Source: Prochloraceae cyanobacterium
GTDB taxonomy: Bacteria > Cyanobacteriota > Cyanobacteriia > Cyanobacteriales > JASJDA01
DNA length: 64,000 bases
Direction of reading: 5' to 3'
Assembly: GCA_030065755.1 (NCBI GenBank)
Contig: JASJDA010000001.1
Span: forward strand, 24,822-88,821
Below the pieces are notes generated by a model that ran no database searches, was not told the origin of the DNA, and was given only the letters and a program-made list of their open reading frames with translations. The stretch's first letter is position 1. Each line of letters opens with the position of its first letter. Made by a program: the position numbers and the translations under genes. Positions 1 to 9,023 of the stretch are shown piece by piece.

Positions 1-1
1 A

Positions 2-688
2 TTAGGACAACCCTTCAAAAAATTCCAAAAATTGCATAACGATCGCAATTTTAATTTAATTCCTCAAAACAAAAAAATTTGGCTCACCGAATATAATCTC
101 ATTGAAGACATATTTTTTGGCAAAAATAAAGGAAAAAAACCCAAAGTGATGGGAAGTTGGGCACATGGAATGTATGCTCTAGCTATGGGGATGCTTTTTT
201 TAGAAGAGCCTCGCATCGAGTTTATCTGCAACCACGTATTAGTTGGTAATGTTAGATTCGGTGCTATTTTTAGGAGCAAAGGAAGCTTTTTAGATCTATC
301 TGAAACTGCTGTAGCTACACCCCTAAGTGTTTCTGCTGCTGGGTCTGCTTTACGCTTATTACATGATGCAACTGAAGGAATGACAGCAGCCCAAAAAATT
401 GATTTTCCTAATAATCCTACCTTAACTGGCAGCGATGACTTTAAATATTCTGCCTTATATGGTTGGATGTTTACTAATGACGAGCGATCGCGAGCAATAA
501 TTATGAATTTGTCCGATCGGGATATTAATATAGATTTGAGTTCCTTATTTTCTCAAACAGTTAATTACGAACAGATTTCGGGAGACCCAAGGCTGCTAGT
601 AACTAAACCTGGTATTTTGACAGAAAATAATGGCTCTGCTTCAGGAACAATTTCCTTACCTGCTTACTCAGTAACCAAATTATTTTAG
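2..688 (+). CDS. C-terminal part of a glycoside-hydrolase-like protein (5' end lies outside the window)
   Basis: The frame is open from the left edge to the stop at 688. WLTEYN resembles the nucleophile-Glu strand of clan GH-A (beta/alpha)8 hydrolases. The product call is weak. Confidence 0.4.
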   Translation, partial: LGQPFKKFQKLHNDRNFNLIPQNKKIWLTEYNLIEDIFFGKNKGKKPKVMGSWAHGMYALAMGMLFLEEPRIEFICNHVLVGNVRFGAIFRSKGSFLDLSETAVATPLSVSAAGSALRLLHDATEGMTAAQKIDFPNNPTLTGSDDFKYSALYGWMFTNDERSRAIIMNLSDRDINIDLSSLFSQTVNYEQISGDPRLLVTKPGILTENNGSASGTISLPAYSVTKLF

Positions 689-708
689 ATAAATATATAG
701 ATAATGTT

Positions 709-742
709 GTTTGCTGTTTGCTATTTGCTGTTTGCTATTTGA
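709..742. repeat. STRR-type heptamer array (GTTTGCT/ATTTGCT, about 5 units)
   Basis: Direct reading gives gtttgct gtttgct atttgct gtttgct atttga. The array sits just upstream of the likely ATG of the sulfotransferase gene. Confidence 0.85.
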
Positions 743-758
743 AAAATTTCAAGACAAA

Positions 759-1760
759 ATGGTTGCTCAACTAGACTCTCTCTATATCAAAACCCGTCCT
801 CACAAAGCAATATCTCGCTTACTTAGCTATGCTCTATTTGAAGGACGACCCCTTACTACTAAAGGACAGTGGATCAATCCCATAGTCTTGAGTTTATTTA
901 GCCTCGAAAAGCGTCTACCCCAACTCAAAAAAGTAGAAAAACCGATTTTTATTATCGGTACAGGACGCAGTGGTACTACTATTTTAGGGGTAGTATTGTC
1001 TATGCATAAAGATGTAGGTTTTCTCAACGAACCAAAAGCCCTATGGCATTCAATATATCCTGAAGAAGATTTAGTCGGCAGTTATAGTAGAGGTGCTGCA
1101 CGCTATCGTCTTGGGGCTGAAGACGTTACAGAAGAGATAAGTCAAACAGCGCATAGATTATTTGGTGCTTATCTAACTGCGGTAGCATCTAAGCGAGTAG
1201 TAGATAAATATCCAGAATTGATATTTCGCCTCCCATTCGTCCTGAAAATCTTTCCTGATGCTAAATTTATTTTTCTAGTCCGTAATGGATGGGATACTTG
1301 TTCTTCGATCGATAGATGGTCTCAACGTCTCGGTATGGAAGTTGAAGAAGAAACTCACGACTGGTGGGGGGTCAATAATCGCAAATGGAATCTGTTAGTA
1401 GATCAGTTAGTAGCAACCGATCCGAAACTTAAAGAAATTGCACCAGAAATTAAAAACTGCGATCGTCATGCCGATATGGCAGCATTAGAGTGGATCGTAA
1501 CTATGGAAGAAGGATTGCGCTTAATGCAACAGTATCCCGATATTATCCACATGTTGCGTTACGAGGATCTAGTTTCTAGTCCAGAAAGCAGCTTGACAAA
1601 AGTTCTCGAATTTGCAGAGTTATCAAGCGATCGGCAATTTTTCGACTATGCTTGTCAAACACTTTCCCCTCCTGTTGAGAAAAAACCATTTCCTCTCAAT
1701 CCTGCAATTCGTCCATTTTTTGAAGAAACAATGAACAATTTGGGTTATACAGTAGGTTAA
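759..1760 (+). CDS. Sulfotransferase family protein
   Basis: IFIIGTGRSGTTILG is a PAPS-binding P-loop-like motif followed by the typical sulfotransferase layout. The ATG at 759 is in frame with track ORF 711-1760. The upstream TTG start would translate the repeat array. Confidence 0.75.
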   Translation: MVAQLDSLYIKTRPHKAISRLLSYALFEGRPLTTKGQWINPIVLSLFSLEKRLPQLKKVEKPIFIIGTGRSGTTILGVVLSMHKDVGFLNEPKALWHSIYPEEDLVGSYSRGAARYRLGAEDVTEEISQTAHRLFGAYLTAVASKRVVDKYPELIFRLPFVLKIFPDAKFIFLVRNGWDTCSSIDRWSQRLGMEVEEETHDWWGVNNRKWNLLVDQLVATDPKLKEIAPEIKNCDRHADMAALEWIVTMEEGLRLMQQYPDIIHMLRYEDLVSSPESSLTKVLEFAELSSDRQFFDYACQTLSPPVEKKPFPLNPAIRPFFEETMNNLGYTVG

Positions 1761-1788
1761 AAATACAATATCCCTGTTTCCTGTTCCC

Positions 1789-2880
1789 TTAATTACTTCT
1801 TGCTGCTGGCAAAATTAACATAGCATCGCCGAAAGAATAGAAACGATATTTTTGTTCGATCGCCTCCTGATATAAAGAAAATAATCGCTGACGACCCACT
1901 AAAGCACTTACTAACATTAATAAACTGGAACCAGGTAAATGGAAATTAGTAATTAAACCATCTACGACCTGCCACTTATAGCCAGGATAAATAAATAGGT
2001 CGGTCTTGCCACAAAAAGGTTCTAATAACTTAACTTGAGATTTTTTAGCTGCGCCTTCCAAAGTTCTTACTACTGTTGTTCCTACAGCAATAATTCGACC
2101 TCCTTTGGCTTTAGTTTCTTCAATTTTTTCTGCTGTTTTTTGAGAAACTTCTATCCACTCCTGATGCATGAGGTGGGTAGTAATATCTTCAACCTCTACA
2201 GGTCGAAAAGTCCCCAATCCTACGTGTAGCGTTACGTAGGTTCGATCGATTCCCTTAGCTTGTAACCTTTGCAATAATTCCTCAGTAAAATGTAACCCAG
2301 CAGTAGGTGCAGCCACAGCTCCTAACTGCTGAGCGTATACTGTTTGATATTGAGATGGTTGAGATTTAGAAGAAGTAATATAAGGAGGTAGAGGAATCTG
2401 ACCGAAATACTCTAACAATTCTTCACAAGACTTACCTTCAGGAACCTCGAATTCTAATATCCGTCCTCCCGTTGCTTCATCCTTGTCAATTACCCTAGCT
2501 TTGAGGTTAAAATCTATATCTTTGCTTGCTTGAGGTATGGGGGGAAAAACAATCTCTGTTCCTAGTTTGAAGCGCTTCCCTGGCTTAACTAACGCCAGCC
2601 AACAGTTGTCGTTTTGTTTTTCTAAGAGTAATATTTCTACAGGAGCTCCCGTAGACTTGCGACCGTAGAGTCGGGCTGGAATTACGCGAGTATTATTCAA
2701 AACCAGCAAATCTCCTGCTAGTAGCCAATCTGGCAGATCGCGAAAGATACTGTGAGCCCAAGTAGTAGGGGAGTCTACTACTAAAAGACGAGAACTATCT
2801 CTGGGAATGGCTGGAGTTTGAGCTATTAACTCTGGAGGTAGTTCATAATTATAGCTTGACAGTAAACGATCGTCACTCAT
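1789..2880 (-). CDS. queA: S-adenosylmethionine:tRNA ribosyltransferase-isomerase
   Basis: N-terminus [26 protein letters not shown], with full-length QueA-like sequence and size (363 aa). Confidence 0.93.
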   Translation of the reverse strand: MSDDRLLSSYNYELPPELIAQTPAIPRDSSRLLVVDSPTTWAHSIFRDLPDWLLAGDLLVLNNTRVIPARLYGRKSTGAPVEILLLEKQNDNCWLALVKPGKRFKLGTEIVFPPIPQASKDIDFNLKARVIDKDEATGGRILEFEVPEGKSCEELLEYFGQIPLPPYITSSKSQPSQYQTVYAQQLGAVAAPTAGLHFTEELLQRLQAKGIDRTYVTLHVGLGTFRPVEVEDITTHLMHQEWIEVSQKTAEKIEETKAKGGRIIAVGTTVVRTLEGAAKKSQVKLLEPFCGKTDLFIYPGYKWQVVDGLITNFHLPGSSLLMLVSALVGRQRLFSLYQEAIEQKYRFYSFGDAMLILPAARSN

Positions 2881-3092
2881 TATCTTTAAAGGGGCTGGGT
2901 AATGGGTTTATACTTGCTGAGACGCTCCGTTGAATATATATCGCAACAAACAAAAGCCAACAATAATTCATCACTTAGTAGACATTTGGGTAATTTCCCC
3001 CATATTTCCCCCATACAAATCTAAGAAATCGGGGGTATCTACCCTATCCCTAACTTAATATTTCTTGTCAAACTAGGAGTATAGGACATCTT

Positions 3093-3506
3093 ATGACTTT
3101 CGGTAAAGGGGCAATCATGGATTACATATACTTTCTTGCTAACGCCAGCCTAACTTTGCGTGTCATAGAACATATAAGCGCAGCGACCCAATTTTCTATA
3201 GATTCGATGACAGTCATCCATCGCATTGATGGTTGGATCGTAAAAATCAAATTCTGTCAACCCCTTACTCCACAAGAAGATGGTAACTTTAAAGCCTTTA
3301 TGAGTGAGTTGGGTATTTCCTACGAACCCGATATTCGTCTCCAGATGGTATTTTGGAGTTTAGAAACAGGACAATCCCCTATTGATGTAATGCGTCGCTA
3401 TCAAGTTGCTATAGTTTCTCATGGCAATCCCAATAAAAATGATATTGAAGCATTTCGCAAGCAGTTTACCAAAGGTTTGGGATATTGTCCAGAAACTTTA
3501 GCATGA
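3093..3506 (+). CDS. Hypothetical protein
   Basis: 137-aa ORF with no motif I recognise. An internal ATG at 3117 is an alternative start. Confidence 0.45.
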   Translation: MTFGKGAIMDYIYFLANASLTLRVIEHISAATQFSIDSMTVIHRIDGWIVKIKFCQPLTPQEDGNFKAFMSELGISYEPDIRLQMVFWSLETGQSPIDVMRRYQVAIVSHGNPNKNDIEAFRKQFTKGLGYCPETLA

Positions 3507-3706
3507 AAAGTCCAATAACATTCTCGACCGCTTTGGCGGAACTCAAAGGTCATGGGGGCTCTCATAATTGAAACCCCATAAGTGGTTTTGATATTTAAAG
3601 TTCTTATAATTTTGTTTAGAAATTAAGCGTTTTCCATATCACTATCTAAGTTTTTGTAGAGCTACCAAGTTACAAGCTACAATTTAAAAGAAAACTGTGG
3701 GTGATT

Positions 3707-3955
3707 ATGATTAAAATACGCTTAAAAAGATACGGAAAGAAAAGAGAAGTTAGCTACAGAATTGTAGCGATTAACAGTAGAAGTCGTCGGGACGGTCGCC
3801 CTTTAGAAGAGTTGGGCTTCTATAATCCTAGAACCGACGAAACCAGACTGAACGTTCCTGCAATTATCAAACGTCTCCAGCAGGGAGCGCAACCTACTGA
3901 TACTGTACGCAGCATATTAGAAAAAGCTAGAGTGCTCGAACAAGTCAATGCCTGA
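3707..3955 (+). CDS. rpsP: 30S ribosomal protein S16
   Basis: [43 protein letters not shown] is the canonical S16 N-terminus. The ATG at 3707 is preferred over the GTG at 3701. Confidence 0.95.
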   Translation: MIKIRLKRYGKKREVSYRIVAINSRSRRDGRPLEELGFYNPRTDETRLNVPAIIKRLQQGAQPTDTVRSILEKARVLEQVNA

Positions 3956-4361
3956 TTCAATAGCCCTATCTTCCCAAGCTAATAAAATTCCTCTTTACGT
4001 TGAATTGGTTAAGTTTTTGATAGAACCTTTTTTGGACTCGCCAGAATCTCTAAGTATAGACTGTGAAGAATTAAACCAAAATCAACGGGTGTGGGTTAGG
4101 CTGGCATTTGAAGGGAGCGATAAGGGAAAAGTTTTCGGTCGCGGTGGACGCAATATTCAGGCCATTCGCAAAATCCTCGAAACCACAGCAATTGCTGCTG
4201 GTCAAACTCTGTATTTGGATATTTACGAAAACCGCCAAAATACACCACCAAAAATCACTAAAAAGCGAGATAATGACGAAAGAAGCAGAGAACAAGGGAG
4301 AAGAAAGCATCGAACTCGCAATTCTACTCCTCCCAAATTATCAAGCAAATCTCGTTTTTAG
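3948..4361 (+). CDS. KH-domain RNA-binding protein (rpsP-linked UPF0109-like) with a basic C-terminal tail
   Basis: [19 protein letters not shown] carries the KH GxxG loop. The start overlaps the rpsP stop by 8 nt. This is the conserved rpsP-KH gene pair. Confidence 0.8.
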   Translation: MPDSIALSSQANKIPLYVELVKFLIEPFLDSPESLSIDCEELNQNQRVWVRLAFEGSDKGKVFGRGGRNIQAIRKILETTAIAAGQTLYLDIYENRQNTPPKITKKRDNDERSREQGRRKHRTRNSTPPKLSSKSRF

Positions 4362-5368
4362 CTAAGGCTAGTATTAGCCTCGAGGATATTCCAGACAGTT
4401 TGCAGCAAGGGTTCTAGTTCAATACGGGCAACTGCCGAAATACAGAAAATAGGGGCAGCAGTAAGCTCTTTTAACTGAGCGATCGCTGCAACTTTCATTT
4501 CCTCTGATGCAGCATCTACCTTATTGAGAGCTAGGATCTGAGGGCGCTTATCTAGCCCCCGTCCATATGCTGACAACTCCTGCTGAATAGTCTTATAATT
4601 AGCAATCGGATCGACATCGGTTAAATCGATAAGGTGTAAAAGCAAGCGAGTGCGTTCGATGTGGCGCAAAAAATCGTGACCCAAACCCACTCCAGCCGAA
4701 GCTCCTGCAATCAATCCTGGAATATCAGCGAATACAGTCCCGTCTCCAGTAGGTTTGCGCACTACTCCCAAATTGGGAACTAAAGTAGTGAAAGGGTAAT
4801 TTGCTATCTTGGGACGGGCTGAAGAAAGGGCGGCAATGAGAGTAGATTTTCCCGCATTGGGCAGTCCAATAATTCCTACTTCAGCAAGTAACTTTAACTC
4901 CAAACGCAACCTTCGCTTTTCTCCTGGCAATCCAGGTAAAGCGTGCTCGGGGGCGCGATTGCGATTGCTCAAAAAATGCTTATTGCCTAAGCCTCCCTTT
5001 CCTCCTTTGGCAACACAACAAGTTTGACCGTCCCCAATCAAATCTCCAATTAATTCCTCAGTATCGGCATCGTAAACCTCCGTACCGCAAGGAACTTCAA
5101 TGAGGCGATCGCTTCCAGTTGCTCCTGTTCGATTGCTAGGACCTCCTCGCTTGCCATTTTCAGCTTGAAAATAACGAGCATATTTAAAATCTAGCAGAGT
5201 TTGTAGTCGTTCGGCTGCCACTAAAATTACAGAACCGCCCCATCCTCCATTTCCCCCAGAAGGACCGCCAGCAGGCACGTATTTTTCTCTGCGAAAGGCT
5301 ACGATACCGTCCCCTCCTTTACCTCCTTCTACTTCAATTTCTGCTAGATCGATAAATTGCATAGGCAA
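4358..5368 (-). CDS. obg: GTPase Obg/CgtA
   Basis: The N-terminus [19 protein letters not shown], a Gly-rich Obg fold, and GTPase motifs [15 protein letters not shown] and NKVD. Confidence 0.95.
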   Translation of the reverse strand: MPMQFIDLAEIEVEGGKGGDGIVAFRREKYVPAGGPSGGNGGWGGSVILVAAERLQTLLDFKYARYFQAENGKRGGPSNRTGATGSDRLIEVPCGTEVYDADTEELIGDLIGDGQTCCVAKGGKGGLGNKHFLSNRNRAPEHALPGLPGEKRRLRLELKLLAEVGIIGLPNAGKSTLIAALSSARPKIANYPFTTLVPNLGVVRKPTGDGTVFADIPGLIAGASAGVGLGHDFLRHIERTRLLLHLIDLTDVDPIANYKTIQQELSAYGRGLDKRPQILALNKVDAASEEMKVAAIAQLKELTAAPIFCISAVARIELEPLLQTVWNILEANTSLS

Positions 5369-5387
5369 AAAATGTTTCCCAGATTAA

Positions 5388-6083
5388 TTATATATATTCT
5401 GAGATATCTTCTTGACAATCGTCAGCTAGATAAGATAGCGATCGGAAGCGCAGACCGACTAACTGTTCGTAAAGAGGATTTAGCTTGCACAGAGGGGGAA
5501 TGTGGACGATTTGACGACCGAAAAGCTTAACATCTCTCTCAAAGGGACATTGGGAAGGAACCATTTTGCAAATAAATTTTGCTAATCGCGGATCGTGAAT
5601 TTCCATCTTGTCCAACCAGTCTTTGACTGGATGCAAGAGGTCTGGATGGGGAGAAGGAGGGCTGACTAAGGATTCTTTAACTCCTAAACCTTCTTCTATT
5701 TTATTTTTGTCTGGTTCGCATAAAGTATGCTCTAAAGATTTAAGCGCTTCTAGTTCTAAGCCTAGAGCATCGCTAAATTTGTATAGTAGCTCTGCTTCGG
5801 GAGCGGAGTACACGCCATCAGCAATTGCTACTAGAACTCCTGTTCTCAAAAAGTTTTCTGCAATGTTTTTGTCTTCACCTAAAACCGCCGCTAACTCCTC
5901 TGGCTCGATCGTCGATAAAGAGTTTAATCGATCGTCTGGAATTAGATCGTTCTTGGTAATTTGGGCGATCAATTCCTTTTCTTCAGGAGAAAAATCTCCA
6001 TCTGCCCAAGCAATAGTTAACAAACCGCGCAACCAAGTATATATTTGTTCGTCGGTATAGGCAAGTTGAGTAACGCTTTTCAT
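5388..6083 (-). CDS. TerB-like N-terminal domain fused to a Mo-dependent-nitrogenase-C-terminus-like domain
   Basis: The N-terminal WLRGLLTIAWADGDFSPEEKELI pattern is repeated (AIADGVYSAPEAELL). The C-terminal CPFERDVKLFGRQIVHIPPLCKLNPLYEQL resembles the cyanobacterial Mo-nitro_C family. This is assigned from memory of the family. Confidence 0.55.
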   Translation of the reverse strand: MKSVTQLAYTDEQIYTWLRGLLTIAWADGDFSPEEKELIAQITKNDLIPDDRLNSLSTIEPEELAAVLGEDKNIAENFLRTGVLVAIADGVYSAPEAELLYKFSDALGLELEALKSLEHTLCEPDKNKIEEGLGVKESLVSPPSPHPDLLHPVKDWLDKMEIHDPRLAKFICKMVPSQCPFERDVKLFGRQIVHIPPLCKLNPLYEQLVGLRFRSLSYLADDCQEDISEYI

Positions 6084-6161
6084 AAAATAATTTTTACTCC
6101 CACTACTGAAATAGTGTACATATAGTGGATTTGACTCAGTATAATTTTAATCACAATAAAA

Positions 6162-6878
6162 TTATTTAATATTTTTCAGCTTTTTTTTAGGTTGATTTTT
6201 GCGCGAGTTTTTGTTATCGGCGATAGTAACAGTTTTGCTCAGAGCAGCCACTCCCAATACTTGAATGCCAAGAGAAATAAGTTTTTTAGATGCTTCGGTA
6301 ACAGTGGTTCCCGTAGTGTAAATATCATCTATTAAAAGTATTGGCGCTCGAGGTTTTGTTCGTTGAAAATCTTTACCTACGACAAAGGCTGACTTGAGAT
6401 TGTCTTTTCTTTGCTCCACACTCAACCCATAGAGTGCTTTAGTTTCTCGCACTCTTTCTAAACCCTGCGGCTGCAAAGAATATCCAGTCAATCGACAAAA
6501 ACTCCTGGCAATTAACTCTGCTTGATTGTAACCTCGTTGTTTTAATTTTTTGGGGTGAAGGGGAATCGGGACTACCGTCACTTTTTTAGTTTTAGCATAT
6601 ATTGGGGAATTTAACCAGGCTTTGCCCAACCAACAGCCCATTAATTCTCCCAACTGAGGACAATTTTCATACTTTAAAACAGCAAGCGATCGCTTTAATT
6701 GTCCTCCATAAATACCCCAAGCAAATAAAGGCAAATCTCCTCGCCAAAATTCCGAGCAGTTTTTCAGTTGAGAACTTTGCAGTTGACGCAGACAGTCGCC
6801 ACAAAGACAGCGAGCGGCCGCTCGATGGCAAAGAGGACAATTAGAGCGAGTAAATACAGAGAGCAAACCTTTTAACAT
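6162..6878 (-). CDS. ComF-family phosphoribosyltransferase-domain protein
   Basis: An N-terminal Cys-rich region (CPLCHR..CGDC) plus the PRTase motif ILLIDDIYTTGTTVTEA. Confidence 0.85.
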   Translation of the reverse strand: MLKGLLSVFTRSNCPLCHRAAARCLCGDCLRQLQSSQLKNCSEFWRGDLPLFAWGIYGGQLKRSLAVLKYENCPQLGELMGCWLGKAWLNSPIYAKTKKVTVVPIPLHPKKLKQRGYNQAELIARSFCRLTGYSLQPQGLERVRETKALYGLSVEQRKDNLKSAFVVGKDFQRTKPRAPILLIDDIYTTGTTVTEASKKLISLGIQVLGVAALSKTVTIADNKNSRKNQPKKKLKNIK

Positions 6879-7072
6879 AAACTTTTCTCAAATTTTGATA
6901 GTTAGCCCCTAAATTAGCCAGAGAATAAGACTATATGGATAACTCTTCATCTATCAAAACCAATATTTATCCTTGGAGCAAGAGAAATATCACTTAGATC
7001 GATATTTTGTTGAACTAATGGCAATAAAATACTAAGGTAAGAAAAAATGTACAAATTCTATCTTTTCTGTTT

Positions 7073-7441
7073 ATGAGTTCAGCAAATACCGATAAAACAA
7101 ACACTGATAAAATACTAGAGGCAATGAAAAATTTTGCCGAGCAGTACGCCAAAAGGACTGATACTTATTTTTGTAGCGATCTCGGGGTAACTGCGGTAGT
7201 GATCGAAGGACTAGCAAGACACAAAGAAGAGTTAGGCGCTCCTTTATGTCCCTGCCGTCACTACGAAGATAAAGAAGCAGAAGTTAAAAATACTTTTTGG
7301 AACTGTCCCTGCGTGCCAATGCGCGAAAGAAAAGAGTGTCACTGTATGTTGTTTATCACTCCAGATAACGAATTTGCAGGTGAGGAACAAGCAATTTCCC
7401 TAGAGGAAATTAAAAAAGTAAGAGAGAGTATGTCTCATTGA
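7073..7441 (+). CDS. ftrC: Ferredoxin-thioredoxin reductase catalytic subunit
   Basis: CPCRHY...WNCPCVPMRERKECHCMLF is the FTR-B Cys pattern that holds the 4Fe-4S cluster and the redox disulfide. Confidence 0.93.
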   Translation: MSSANTDKTNTDKILEAMKNFAEQYAKRTDTYFCSDLGVTAVVIEGLARHKEELGAPLCPCRHYEDKEAEVKNTFWNCPCVPMRERKECHCMLFITPDNEFAGEEQAISLEEIKKVRESMSH

Positions 7442-7449
7442 GGTAAATA

Positions 7450-7866
7450 ATGCCACCCCAAGCATTTTGGCAAGGTGTAGAGGAGTTTAATCAAAAAGAA
7501 TTTTACGCTTGTCACGATACTTTAGAGGCTCTATGGATGGACTCAAAAGAGCCTGAAAAAAGCTTCTATAAAGGAGTACTGCAAATTTCAGTTGGTTGCT
7601 ACCACTTGGGCAATCACAACTGGCGCGGTGCAGCTATCCTTTTAGGAGAAGGTATCAGAAATATTAGCGAATACGAACCCGTTTACGAAGATATTGACGT
7701 GACTAGATTGCTAGTCGATAGTAGCGAATTATTACAAGCCGTACAGCAGATTCAACCAGACCAAATCTCTCAATTGGCTCAGAAACTGGAAGAGGGAAAG
7801 TTAATTTCTGACGATCGCTCTATAAATGGATGGCCAAAAATATTTAAGATTGAACCAGAAAATTAG
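7450..7866 (+). CDS. DUF309 domain protein
   Basis: FNQKEFYACHDTLEALW is the typical DUF309 opening motif. Confidence 0.7.
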   Translation: MPPQAFWQGVEEFNQKEFYACHDTLEALWMDSKEPEKSFYKGVLQISVGCYHLGNHNWRGAAILLGEGIRNISEYEPVYEDIDVTRLLVDSSELLQAVQQIQPDQISQLAQKLEEGKLISDDRSINGWPKIFKIEPEN

Positions 7867-7931
7867 TTCAAAATATAGGCGCAAACTGATATATCTAGTA
7901 AACTATCGACAACGATATTTTTTTCAAGATT

Positions 7932-8240
7932 ATGTTACGCAGCTTACGTCAAGATCGCCTGAGATTATTCTTGCTACTGTCAGCGATCGCTTTGGGAAGT
8001 ATAGCCACATTGACTTTTCACAGAAAAGTCATCGCTCAAACAGATGAAGGAACAAGCGCTATTACTCTAAGTGCTGACAGCCAAGAAGCTGACTTCGAGC
8101 TAGGAATCATAACGGCTAGGGGAAACGTACAAATATATTATCCTGCCAGACAAATTCAAGCAACAGCAGCTCAAGCTCAATACTTCGATCGCGAACGTCG
8201 TCTAGTTCTAAGTGGTGACGTTTACGTACTTCAAGAAGGT
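7932..8240 (+). CDS. lptA: LptA/OstA-like periplasmic LPS-transport protein, exon 1 (interrupted by a group II intron)
   Basis: A signal-peptide-like N-terminus is followed by an OstA-like beta pattern (ADSQEADFELGIITARGNVQIYY...LSGDVYVLQEG). The gene lies directly upstream of lptB and lptF/G. The frame runs into GTGCG at 8241 and stops 6 codons later. Confidence 0.8.
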
Positions 8241-9023
8241 GTGCGATTCGTTGGCTAGAAATCGACTGAAACCCTTACAGGGAAACAGGTTGAAGGATTA
8301 GCCGCTAGGAATTAATGAGAGATGCCTTAATTCTCTCGAACCTAGACAACTTAACTAGCCTGATGGTGAGCCTGGTATAAAGTTATACAGCTACAACTGA
8401 GATAGTTGAAGAAATGTAACAGAAATACCTAATCTTAATAATCCTTTAGAGGTTAAATAAGAAACAAGCAAGTCCATCTCTCCAGATGCAGGAGTAAAAG
8501 CATATCCCCTACGGTAGCGAGTGGTCTTCAATCCGTAAAGCGGGGATAAACGTCGAACTATGTAAGCCTTATACAGAAAACGCGGCTAGCAACTGACTAT
8601 GAGCAAGCTTAATGCTGAAGAAACCAGAATGTCACCGTAAGAAGTAAACTGTTCAGTAGCGAAATAAGGTTGACACGCTGCGGTCAAAACATGACCAAAG
8701 GGCAGAAAACTGTGAATAACTAACAGTAAAAGTCAATCATGCACCTTTAATGATTGATTGCATCCAAAAACGCCCTCGGTGATTAAAAGGAACTCTAAAG
8801 TCAGAAACTAAGGTTAGTTAGGAACGAATTAACCTCTGGGATTACTCTCGGAAAGGTCGAACACTCCGAGTAATCAACCAAGATGCAAACTCTACGGAAA
8901 AGTAGGTAACTCAGAGGAGAGATTGCGCAAAAAAGCAAAACGCCTGGGGTAACTCCCACGGATAAGCTGACGTGCGTACGGGAGCATGAATGATAAAGCT
9001 ATCAATTGAGAGCAAAGTTACCG

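Noticed and set aside
2881-3092. Possible preQ1 riboswitch upstream of queA
   Set aside because: No compact hairpin plus A-rich tail resembling preQ1-I or preQ1-II was seen. Those elements usually control queCDEF or transporter genes, not queA.
5608-6060. 150-aa ORF antisense to the TerB-like gene, and the similar antisense ORFs in aroA (40863-41870), obg (4809-5027) and the glutaminase (55138-55797)
   Set aside because: They overlap well-supported genes on the other strand and have no start context or recognisable domains.
7826-8047. 73-aa ORF overlapping the DUF309 3' end and the lptA 5' end
   Set aside because: It is out of frame with two better-supported genes and has no independent evidence.
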